IMG/VR virus record: IMGVR_UViG_3300009695_000004
Span: 1-64,000 of that record
From: a virus
Length of the DNA: 64,000 nt
Strand: one strand, 5' to 3'
A program made the translations under genes and the position numbers. Below the pieces are notes generated by a model. That model did not search any database. It was not told where the DNA came from and was given only the letters and a program-made list of their open reading frames with translations. This document shows positions 36,517-43,959 of the stretch, piece by piece (the stretch's first letter is position 1; each line of letters begins with the position of its first letter).

Positions 36517-36544
36517 CACGTTATACCCTTTAATATATAACGTG
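36517..36544 (-). other. leader hairpin between promoter motif and gene
   Basis: CACGTTATA pairs with TATAACGTG (9-bp perfect stem, 10-nt loop). Confidence 0.5.
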
Positions 36545-36577
36545 CTCGTCTTAATCTTCAAAGACTCGAAGGAGCTT

Positions 36578-36596
36578 TATTTTATATTTGAATTAT
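36578..36596 (-). promoter_or_regulatory. phage promoter-like motif
   Basis: Sense strand ATAATTCAAATATAAAATA. Confidence 0.4.
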
Positions 36597-36796
36597 ATTA
36601 ATTTTAACCTCTTATTAATTAACTTTAATTCATCACTAAAGAATTTTATCTGACCTATGTTATTATTCTTAGTATGGTATTCTATTGCGTTCTTAGTATA
36701 TGATATTCTGTTCAGTAATTCTTTTTTAGATGCATTCATAACACTATGATAAGCTTGAGATCCTATATAGTCACACTCAATGTAATTATAGTTCAT
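36593..36796 (-). CDS. hypothetical protein (67 aa)
   Basis: ORF track; ATGA overlap with the upstream ORF. Confidence 0.5.
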   Translation of the reverse strand: MNYNYIECDYIGSQAYHSVMNASKKELLNRISYTKNAIEYHTKNNNIGQIKFFSDELKLINKRLKLI

Positions 36797-37002
36797 TGTA
36801 CCACCTCCTGAAGTTCTCTTTTTCTACTATATATCTTTACATTTTGTTTACCTATAACACTATTTTTATGACAGATCAATTTATTATTTAAATATAGCCT
36901 ATTATCTTCTAATGTTAAAACTGTATTTACTGGTACTAATATTTCAAAACCTATTTCAATTTCTTTTGTTACAATGTATTTTCTATTTGTCATTTTTAAC
37001 AC
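36793..37002 (-). CDS. hypothetical protein (69 aa)
   Basis: ORF track; AAGGAGTGTTAAAA upstream. Confidence 0.5.
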   Translation of the reverse strand: MLKMTNRKYIVTKEIEIGFEILVPVNTVLTLEDNRLYLNNKLICHKNSVIGKQNVKIYSRKRELQEVVQ

Positions 37003-37077
37003 TCCTTATAAAATTTAGTTTTTAATTCAAATATTTTTGAACAAATTAATAATTTGCTTGAGTTTATTTGTAAAGAA

Positions 37078-37107
37078 AAAGGAATATATATTTTTATACA
37101 TTCCTTT
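37078..37107 (-). terminator. rho-independent terminator
   Basis: AAAGGAATATAT pairs with ATACATTCCTTT (one mismatch), followed on the minus strand by TTTCTTT, just downstream of the stop at 37112. Confidence 0.55.
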
Positions 37108-37111
37108 AAGC

Positions 37112-37264
37112 TTATAGTATTACATTTTTTCTTTCTTCTTCACATAAGATTATAAATTTACCTTCATACTTGCCAGCAAAATATGATCTTGCCTTTGTAA
37201 AACTTGTTGTCTCTATACTGTCAAAATAGCATCCCTCAGCATTTATTAATTGATATTTTTTCAT
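37112..37264 (-). CDS. hypothetical protein (50 aa), not in ORF track
   Basis: ATG at 37264 after GAAGGAGA. Reads MKKYQLINAEGCYFDSIETTSFTKARSYFAGKYEGKFIILCEEERKNVIL. Confidence 0.5.
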   Translation of the reverse strand: MKKYQLINAEGCYFDSIETTSFTKARSYFAGKYEGKFIILCEEERKNVIL

Positions 37265-37345
37265 TTTTAAAATCTCCTTCTCATTTGACTATTTTTATTA
37301 TAACATTATTTGTAATTTACATACAATTAAAATTCAGGTTTTAAA

Positions 37346-37507
37346 TTATTCTTCTTGTCTTACTGGTTCATAATTTCTCAATGCTTCAATTCTAGTAATG
37401 ATAAGATCGTTATTGTCTCCATGAGCAAATAATTGTAATGTTGCTTTATCCTCAGATATAATTGCATAGTAAGTTTTGCCAGTTAAAGTATTTTTTAATT
37501 CTAACAT
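37346..37507 (-). CDS. hypothetical protein (53 aa)
   Basis: ORF track, with the start moved to ATG 37507 after GGAGGTGAAAAA. Confidence 0.5.
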   Translation of the reverse strand: MLELKNTLTGKTYYAIISEDKATLQLFAHGDNNDLIITRIEALRNYEPVRQEE

Positions 37508-37539
37508 TTTTTCACCTCCGGTATATTTTAATTGTTCTT

Positions 37540-37668
37540 TTATTCTGTTTCTAAACATTCTTCTATAAGTTTTAGTAAATCTATTCTTGAATCTAATAAA
37601 TCAATATCGGTTAAATTTTCTAAAGCTCCTTTAATTTCGTTGAGATTATTTAATAATAATTCATTCAT
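37540..37668 (-). CDS. hypothetical protein (42 aa), not in ORF track
   Basis: ATG at 37668 after GGAGGCAAAGAAAA. Reads MNELLLNNLNEIKGALENLTDIDLLDSRIDLLKLIEECLETE. Confidence 0.45.
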   Translation of the reverse strand: MNELLLNNLNEIKGALENLTDIDLLDSRIDLLKLIEECLETE

Positions 37669-37681
37669 TTTTCTTTGCCTC

Positions 37682-37807
37682 CTATTTATATAATATTGAG
37701 AATTCAAAGATATTAAGAATAACTATAGATGATATAACCAGATAAATAATATATGATACAATACCGTAAAATCTTTCTTTGTCTTTTATTCTTATATGTT
37801 TCTGCAT
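37682..37807 (-). CDS. hydrophobic small protein (41 aa)
   Basis: ORF track, with the start moved to ATG 37807 after CAGGAGGTGAGAAG. TM segment FYGIVSYIIYLVISSIVILNIF. Confidence 0.45.
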   Translation of the reverse strand: MQKHIRIKDKERFYGIVSYIIYLVISSIVILNIFEFSILYK

Positions 37808-37995
37808 CTTCTCACCTCCTGGAAATATTAATATATTATTATTGGTTAAAGGTTTATACCTTCTATAACACATTAAATTATGAGGAATACTATTACACGC
37901 CTTACCCTCTTTAATGCATTATACAAGCTATAAAAGCCTGTTTTTATGTATTGTTATCTCTCAGAATAACGTTAATACATATTATATTATTATTG

Positions 37996-38262
37996 TTACA
38001 TTACTATTATTTTAATGATAATTTTCTCCAGTGATCTTAGGATTATATTTTTATTTAACTTTTTAGCCTCTATTACATGTTGTTTTAACTCCTCAGCTAC
38101 TTCTTGAATTTCTTCTAAACATGTTGTATAATCTTCTTTGTTAAAGTCTACATCGTCATTGTAAAATTCTCTTATAGCTTCTGCAATTTCCGGCTCTAAT
38201 AAGTCTAAACAATCTTTAATATTATTTACTATTTCTATTTTGTTATTATGATTTATAACCAT
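37996..38262 (-). CDS. hypothetical acidic protein (88 aa)
   Basis: ORF track. Confidence 0.5.
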   Translation of the reverse strand: MVINHNNKIEIVNNIKDCLDLLEPEIAEAIREFYNDDVDFNKEDYTTCLEEIQEVAEELKQHVIEAKKLNKNIILRSLEKIIIKIIVM

Positions 38263-38273
38263 TTTTACACTTC

Positions 38274-38295
38274 CTTATTATTATTCGATTGTCAA
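38274..38295 (-). promoter_or_regulatory. phage promoter-like motif with TTGACA
   Basis: Sense strand TTGACAATCGAATAATAATAAG; overlaps the 3' end of the upstream ORF. Confidence 0.4.
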
Positions 38296-38574
38296 AGTTA
38301 AGATATTGATATTGTTGTTAATGCTACATTTATTTTGAAAGAATTTAAATTCAATATGTTGCTCTTTACCTCCATAATAGTCACATAATACTTTATTATT
38401 TCTTCTATCAAACTTTATACTATCACTTATGACAGTACCGTCAATAATTTTACTAATGTAATTTTCTGCGTATGTTATGCATAGTTCTCTTTGTTCTTTA
38501 GATGTCATTTTCTCATTGCCTCTAGCTTCATCATAAAATTTTAATAACCTTTTGAGTTCTCTTAATTCGTTCAT
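38281..38574 (-). CDS. hypothetical protein (97 aa)
   Basis: ORF track. Confidence 0.5.
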   Translation of the reverse strand: MNELRELKRLLKFYDEARGNEKMTSKEQRELCITYAENYISKIIDGTVISDSIKFDRRNNKVLCDYYGGKEQHIEFKFFQNKCSINNNINILTLTIE

Positions 38575-38894
38575 TACTGGATCACTTCTCTTTCATATAA
38601 TGTATTCCATTTTTCTTTTAGGTAATACTCCGGAATGATATAACCTTTTTTAATAATCTTTTTGTAAGTATCTATAGTTATGTCAATACAATCTGTATTT
38701 GTTAGCATAGTCATATTTTTATAATTATCATAATGTTGTCTATTCTTCTCTTTCTCACTTTTAGATAATATATATCTAAGGCCTATAAAGTTATTATCAT
38801 AATCAATAGCGACATAAATTTTCTTATTAAATGCATCTTTGATATTTTCATCAATTAATTTACGATATCCATTATCTAATATTATTTTGCTCAT
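38574..38894 (-). CDS. hypothetical protein (106 aa)
   Basis: ORF track. Confidence 0.5.
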   Translation of the reverse strand: MSKIILDNGYRKLIDENIKDAFNKKIYVAIDYDNNFIGLRYILSKSEKEKNRQHYDNYKNMTMLTNTDCIDITIDTYKKIIKKGYIIPEYYLKEKWNTLYEREVIQ

Positions 38895-38940
38895 TTACAA
38901 TCATTCCTTTTTTATTAATAGTAGGTTATATAAAACCTCT

Positions 38941-38989
38941 AAAATGTATTTTTTATTGGATATGCAGCAAGTGCAGAAAAATACATTTT
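38941..38989 (-). other. 13-bp perfect-stem hairpin in leader
   Basis: AAAATGTATTTTT (38941-38953) pairs with AAAAATACATTTT (38977-38989), 23-nt loop. Lies between the motif at 39002-39020 and ATG 38894. Confidence 0.55.
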
Positions 38990-39001
38990 ACAAGTATCAA
39001 G

Positions 39002-39020
39002 CCTATTATATTTGATTTAT
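39002..39020 (-). promoter_or_regulatory. phage promoter-like motif
   Basis: Sense strand ATAAATCAAATATAATAGG. Confidence 0.45.
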
Positions 39021-39043
39021 TACAATAGGCTTGAATTGATTTA

Positions 39044-39235
39044 TTATAGAACTATACTGAATAGCATTTCATTATTATTGTTTACATGCTGAGTTAATAA
39101 ACTTCCTTCTAGGATTGATCCTCCAGTTTTCTTAGCTTTTTCTATTGCGTTTAATACTTGTCTTTCATTTCTTCCATTACCTTCTACTAATATTCTTATC
39201 ATTTCCTTTTCTGTTTTATTTCTGAATGCTCTCAT
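39044..39235 (-). CDS. hypothetical protein (63 aa)
   Basis: ORF track; AAGAGGTGAAATAAA upstream. Confidence 0.5.
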   Translation of the reverse strand: MRAFRNKTEKEMIRILVEGNGRNERQVLNAIEKAKKTGGSILEGSLLTQHVNNNNEMLFSIVL

Positions 39236-39236
39236 T

Positions 39237-39365
39237 TTATTTCACCTCTTTGTTATTAATAATATTGAATATTCTTTGTATATCACTGGTTAAATTATAA
39301 CTTTGAAATACTGTATATTTTGTCTTTGAATCTGCTATGATTGAGTTTAAATTTGTTATTATCAT
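39237..39365 (-). CDS. hypothetical protein (42 aa), not in ORF track
   Basis: ATG at 39365. Reads MIITNLNSIIADSKTKYTVFQSYNLTSDIQRIFNIINNKEVK. The RBS is weak. Confidence 0.35.
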   Translation of the reverse strand: MIITNLNSIIADSKTKYTVFQSYNLTSDIQRIFNIINNKEVK

Positions 39366-39385
39366 TTTAAAAACACATCCTTTTA

Positions 39386-40402
39386 TTATGCTACATTCAT
39401 TAGATACATAACGTACTTTTTAGCCTCCGACAATGTTCCTGTTGATTTCATACTATGCACTTCTATACCATCTTTATATATTCTAAATGCTCCCCAATTA
39501 TTAATTATTTCATATTCTTTCAATGTATGACTTGTTACACTCCACATTCTATCTGTTATGGTATTTATGTTTCCTACTCCATCAATAGGAATATCTTTTT
39601 TAATTCTTTTGAATGTTAATACCTCACCTACATTTTTTAAATTTTCATCAATTGCAGCTTTTATTATTTGTTCTTTTTCTTGTTTTTCTTGATACTTAAA
39701 AGCTTTTATTTTAGCATTAAATTCATCAATTAAACTATATAAATTCATTGACATATTATTCAATTGTTCTTGTTTCTTATTGTATCTACTAACATTTAAG
39801 CCACCTCTACCAGTTACCATCCAAGATGGATTATTAGCTTTATGTGATAATACTTTTATATATTGTTCGTGATATTTCTTTTTAAAGCTCTGTAAATAAG
39901 TTTTTGCTTTATATTCTGTATAATTGTTACACCCTGATTTTACAAGCTCTATAATATCATTGTTAGCACTTAATAGAGTGTCTTGTAGTTCTTGTTGATG
40001 ATCTATAGGTGTATTTCTTATAAATGCGTTATCATTTTCAGTTCTACTTAATTCTTTAGATACTAAATAAGTTTCTATATCTTCAATATTTATATTTGGA
40101 TAAATTGCATTATTTTTTTCTTGTTGTGATTCTTGCTTTTCTTCTTTCTTAGTCTCTACTTCTTCTTTAGTTAAAGTTACTCCTATACTTCCATTACTTG
40201 TAAAGCCCATCTTTTCAGCAAATTTAATAGCTCTATAATAACCACTTTTTTCTCGTGATACCCATGCTTTAGCTTTACCAGAAAATAAGAATATACTTTT
40301 TATTTCTGCTTTTGTTGCTCCATCTAAATTTTGATATTCCTCTTTATTAAATTGTAATTCAAGTCTTGAAGTTTCATTATTGATAATATAAGTTTTATTC
40401 AT
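39386..40402 (-). CDS. hypothetical protein (338 aa)
   Basis: ORF track; AAAGGTGGTTATATAA upstream. No motif was recognised with confidence. Confidence 0.6.
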   Translation of the reverse strand: MNKTYIINNETSRLELQFNKEEYQNLDGATKAEIKSIFLFSGKAKAWVSREKSGYYRAIKFAEKMGFTSNGSIGVTLTKEEVETKKEEKQESQQEKNNAIYPNINIEDIETYLVSKELSRTENDNAFIRNTPIDHQQELQDTLLSANNDIIELVKSGCNNYTEYKAKTYLQSFKKKYHEQYIKVLSHKANNPSWMVTGRGGLNVSRYNKKQEQLNNMSMNLYSLIDEFNAKIKAFKYQEKQEKEQIIKAAIDENLKNVGEVLTFKRIKKDIPIDGVGNINTITDRMWSVTSHTLKEYEIINNWGAFRIYKDGIEVHSMKSTGTLSEAKKYVMYLMNVA

Positions 40403-40471
40403 TTATATAACCACCTTTTAAAATTTAGTAATACATGATATTACTTTATATAGATTACAATGTACTTATGT

Positions 40472-40490
40472 AATATTATTTTAGTATTGT
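40472..40490 (-). promoter_or_regulatory. phage promoter-like motif (degenerate)
   Basis: Sense strand ACAATACTAAAATAATATT, similar to the copy at 17879-17897. Confidence 0.35.
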
Positions 40491-40519
40491 ACATTGTAAG
40501 TATTAAAAGTATTCAAATA

Positions 40520-40684
40520 TTATTTTATTTCTTTAATAGTTAAGTTTGTGATATGCTCGTAATTATCATAAATCTTTACTTTTAAATTTGTTTCGTTTGA
40601 TGCTTCTATAGTCTCAGATATATTATAAAATTTTCCTATTGCATTTAATTTTCTCCCTTTAAATTTTACTAGATATTTATTCAT
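40520..40684 (-). CDS. hypothetical protein (54 aa), not in ORF track
   Basis: ATG at 40684. Reads MNKYLVKFKGRKLNAIGKFYNISETIEASNETNLKVKIYDNYEHITNLTIKEIK. Confidence 0.45.
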   Translation of the reverse strand: MNKYLVKFKGRKLNAIGKFYNISETIEASNETNLKVKIYDNYEHITNLTIKEIK

Positions 40685-40791
40685 TTTTACATTACCTACC
40701 TTTTATTATTATTTTTTATTTGTCTTTAATCCTGGAAAATTGATAAGAATATTTTAATATGACCTTTGCAGCATTTCACATAATTAATTTT

Positions 40792-41232
40792 TTAAGCCAC
40801 TTGTAAAAGTTGTTCTATCCAATATTCATCAATTACCCTGTCAGAGTAACTATTGATGTATTCTATAACTTTTCTTATATCTTCTAATGTTATCTTTTCT
40901 TTGTTAAAATCTGCTATAACTTGATTGTAATTATTACCTAATATGTCATAGATAATTAAAAATTGTTTATATGTGAATGGATTATGTTTATAAAGTTCTA
41001 TTCTAATATTATGTTTTATATCGTTTATTTTTTCTTGTTCTTTTATAGTTTTATTCATTTCAATTCTAGGATCAATCATACTTGATTCTTTTACTTTTTC
41101 ATCTAATGCTATCAAATATAAATCATATTCTCTTTTATCTTTCTTTAACTGGTTATATTTTTTTACACTACCATAACAACACTTTATTAATTGCCTGTCA
41201 TAATTTGTTAAAGGTTTCATAATTTTTATCAT
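40792..41232 (-). CDS. hypothetical protein (146 aa)
   Basis: ORF track. Confidence 0.55.
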   Translation of the reverse strand: MIKIMKPLTNYDRQLIKCCYGSVKKYNQLKKDKREYDLYLIALDEKVKESSMIDPRIEMNKTIKEQEKINDIKHNIRIELYKHNPFTYKQFLIIYDILGNNYNQVIADFNKEKITLEDIRKVIEYINSYSDRVIDEYWIEQLLQVA

Positions 41233-41498
41233 TCCTTTTTAAGTTATTAGAATAAATAAATATTCTAGAATGCACACAAACGATGTCATATAAATTTTAT
41301 GTGCATATATACAATATTAGCGATTCATTCTATATTATTAATTGTAAACACCTCCTATAATTGATTGAGTAGAAATTTGTTATCAATTTAGTAAACATAC
41401 ATGTATCGTTAATGGTATACATATATTTGTATTTATTTTAATATATTTATATTTTTTCACGTTCTCACCTCCTTAGTAATTAAAATAAATCTTTTATA

Positions 41499-41780
41499 TT
41501 AACGGTTATAAATCATAAAATCATATGTTTCAATTTGCAGTTTCTCAGCTAGTTTATACATAATTTCCATTAAGGTTTTATGTTTCTTACAGGTGTATTC
41601 AGTTTCTAATACCTCTAATTTTTTAGTAACATTATAATAAAAACCTTCATGTATATTTTTCTGATAAGTGGCTATTAATTTTCTATTGACTATATAGCCA
41701 TATTCGTCATATTTTATTAAAAAATATTGAATAGCATTGTCGCTTCTTACTTGATTAATTTTAATATAATTTATATTCAT
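41499..41780 (-). CDS. hypothetical protein (93 aa)
   Basis: ORF track. Confidence 0.5.
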   Translation of the reverse strand: MNINYIKINQVRSDNAIQYFLIKYDEYGYIVNRKLIATYQKNIHEGFYYNVTKKLEVLETEYTCKKHKTLMEIMYKLAEKLQIETYDFMIYNR

Positions 41781-41847
41781 TGTTATTTTACACCTTCCTT
41801 TTACTGGTTTATTTTGTACTATTTATCATTCCTTTTTATTTATTATT

Positions 41848-42078
41848 TTAAAATAATATTACTTGTTTAATATCTTCATAATTTATTGTTATTAGTTTGT
41901 TATTCGAATCAATTAGAATATTGTTTGTATTTAGTTCAACGTCTGTACAATTGTAATTTGTGTTGTCTGTTAATATTATTTTTAGATACTTACAGATATT
42001 TGATTCTTTTTTATAATTAAAGTCAAAAATTGATTTTATTACTTGTTTTCTTATTTTTGAAATTTTTGGATTGTTCAT
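41848..42078 (-). CDS. hypothetical protein (76 aa)
   Basis: ORF track; AAAGGAGACTAAATAAAA upstream. Confidence 0.5.
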   Translation of the reverse strand: MNNPKISKIRKQVIKSIFDFNYKKESNICKYLKIILTDNTNYNCTDVELNTNNILIDSNNKLITINYEDIKQVILF

Positions 42079-42164
42079 TTTTATTTAGTCTCCTTTTTAT
42101 ATTTGATATATGTAATTTAAATTCTAAAATAAAAATATAATTTTATCAGCTACGATATTATTTT

Positions 42165-42395
42165 CTATTTGTATAAGTTTATCCATACATAACATTCATT
42201 TTCTTCTATCCATTCAAAACTTGTATAGCATCCACAGTCTTGAACTTCATCAATTTTACATATATTGTCGCCCTCTGTCATCCAATTTAAAAAGTCTTCA
42301 TCATTAGTATTTTTTAATATTTTATTCCATTTCTTTGTAATAGTCTCTATTGATTTTCCTTTTATAGTAGCATCTAATTGTTTGTATAATTTCAT
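42165..42395 (-). CDS. hypothetical protein (76 aa), first gene of leftward arm
   Basis: ORF track, with the start moved to ATG 42395, 9 nt after AAAGGA. The track start is GTG 42413. Confidence 0.5.
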   Translation of the reverse strand: MKLYKQLDATIKGKSIETITKKWNKILKNTNDEDFLNWMTEGDNICKIDEVQDCGCYTSFEWIEENECYVWINLYK

Positions 42396-42785
42396 TTTCT
42401 TCATTCCTTTCACTGGTTTATTTCTTAGCTGATTATTATATTCTTATTTTAGAATTTAAAGAAGGGTAATTTTAGTAATGTCTCAGTTACCCTTCTTATT
42501 ATATTCTATTTGTTCACACCTTTTTATATCTATTATTTCCTTTACTGCTTATGCCAAACGGAATACTATTGAAGTGGTATTTGTTTTTAGTGCTCCAACC
42601 TACCTAATTTATAGTTGATATAAAAAGCTTTATTCAGTTTTCAAATAACTACTTTTAGCTATAAATCGTAGAGCCCATAAACTACGATATCACAGAATGT
42701 AGACACACATTACAGATAAGTGGAACTTTAAGGAGTTCAACCCATAAGGCACGATTTATTTACTAACCTTATGTATTTATTATAA
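42396..42785 (-). ncRNA. long structured 5' leader or stand-alone RNA ending in a strong hairpin
   Basis: Lies downstream of two tandem leftward promoter motifs. No ORF is present. Hairpins are ATCGTAG/CTACGAT, GAACT/AGTTC, and an 11-bp stem at 42459-42497. Confidence 0.35.
42459..42497. terminator. 11-bp perfect-stem hairpin (terminator/attenuator candidate)
   Basis: AAGAAGGGTAA (42459-42469) pairs with TTACCCTTCTT (42487-42497), 17-nt loop. The flanks are only moderately U-rich. Confidence 0.5.
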
Positions 42786-42804
42786 CATATTATATTAGGT
42801 TTGT
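42786..42804 (-). promoter_or_regulatory. phage promoter-like motif (leftward arm entry)
   Basis: Sense strand ACAAACCTAATATAATATG. Confidence 0.5.
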
Positions 42805-42815
42805 ATATAGTTTTA

Positions 42816-42834
42816 TATAATATATTTGATTTAT
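42816..42834 (-). promoter_or_regulatory. phage promoter-like motif (leftward arm entry, second copy)
   Basis: Sense strand ATAAATCAAATATATTATA. Confidence 0.45.
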
Positions 42835-42844
42835 AATTGTTAAC

Positions 42845-43310
42845 AATTTATGAACGTTATCAGGTAATTGATCCAATGTCGGAATTATTAGTTATGCATT
42901 AGAATTTCATTGAATGTATAAGTTATTGTATATCAATGTATAATTGTATGTGTTTATGCATAGAATTTTATAGAATGGTATGTTTAAAGGGTTTATGATA
43001 TCGATTGTGTTAAATATACATTAGTATACATTGATGAATGTATATAGCTGATTGTTTATGATATAGTTGAATTGTAGAATTTTATTAGATACGATAAATT
43101 GATATGCATTATTAGTTTATTGTATGGATATTATTGGGTATTGATTGTTAATATATATTAGTGATATAGTAGGAATTAAATCAGGGATATGAGGATATAA
43201 TCATATGACTTGTATATACATGTATAGAGTTGTATAGTGTTTCATATAGTACATTTTACTTTTGACACTAAAAAGTTTATAAGTGAATGATCATTCATTT
43301 TAGATATACA
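42845..43310. other. C-depleted (top strand) repeat-rich tract
   Basis: I counted 10 C in 42901-43200. Degenerate direct repeats are present, e.g. TTATGCATTAGAATTTCATTGAATG (42893) versus TTATGCATAGAATTTTATAGAATGG (42953). No ORFs. Confidence 0.7.
43284..43297. repeat. 14-bp perfect palindrome TGAATGATCATTCA
   Basis: Read directly from the sequence. Confidence 0.7.
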
Positions 43311-43320
43311 ATATTACTTT

Positions 43321-43352
43321 ACTAACTAAATAGTTTACTAACTAAATAGTTT
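43321..43352. repeat. perfect 16-bp tandem direct repeat ACTAACTAAATAGTTT x2
   Basis: Read directly: copies at 43321-43336 and 43337-43352. Confidence 0.85.
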
Positions 43353-43403
43353 GATTGTCAAAGTAATAATGTCATATTGATTATATCGTTATTGCCAGTA
43401 AAG

Positions 43404-43570
43404 TTATCCACAGGCTAATAAGTTATCCACATTTAATCCACAAGTATTTGTAGTTTGTTCATTAATTGTTCATTAGTTATCCACAGATATTGTATGGTTA
43501 TCCACAGTTTTATGTAAGTTATAAACAAGTTATCCACAGATTATATGACTTATCCACAGAGTTATCCACA
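43404..43570 (+). promoter_or_regulatory. DnaA-box cluster (7 perfect TTATCCACA plus 1 TAATCCACA, all same orientation)
   Basis: Perfect boxes at 43404-12, 43423-31, 43477-85, 43498-506, 43530-38, 43550-58 and 43562-70. The variant is at 43434-42. Confidence 0.85.
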
Positions 43571-43959
43571 GGTAAAATACTCATAAATGAAAAAATGCAT
43601 CTTGTATAATTGAACAAAGTAAACATTTTACTATCATATAGTTATTGAAACTACATTACGTAAATATCAATGTCATAATTACCCTGTCCACATATTCACC
43701 TACTAAACATAGATATTTTACCCTAAACACTAGATTAAACATATATTTCATTGAATGTTTTTAGTGAATATGACACAAATATAGTCATATCAACGTACTA
43801 CAGGGTATTAAAACAAGCCTATTTTGCAGCAAACTAGTGAATTAGCCATATAAATTACAAGGATCATAGACCAGGGGCGTGTATTACGTTCAGCCAGTTC
43901 CGGGGTTTTTGAAATTTGGGCGTGCCTCACTAACGTCATTACCCTATCAAAAAATCACT

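Noticed and set aside
43404-43570. Could the repeated TTATCCACA cluster be a CRISPR array?
   Set aside because: The repeat unit is only 9 bp, the spacing is irregular (12-46 bp) and no cas genes are present. The sequence is the canonical DnaA box.
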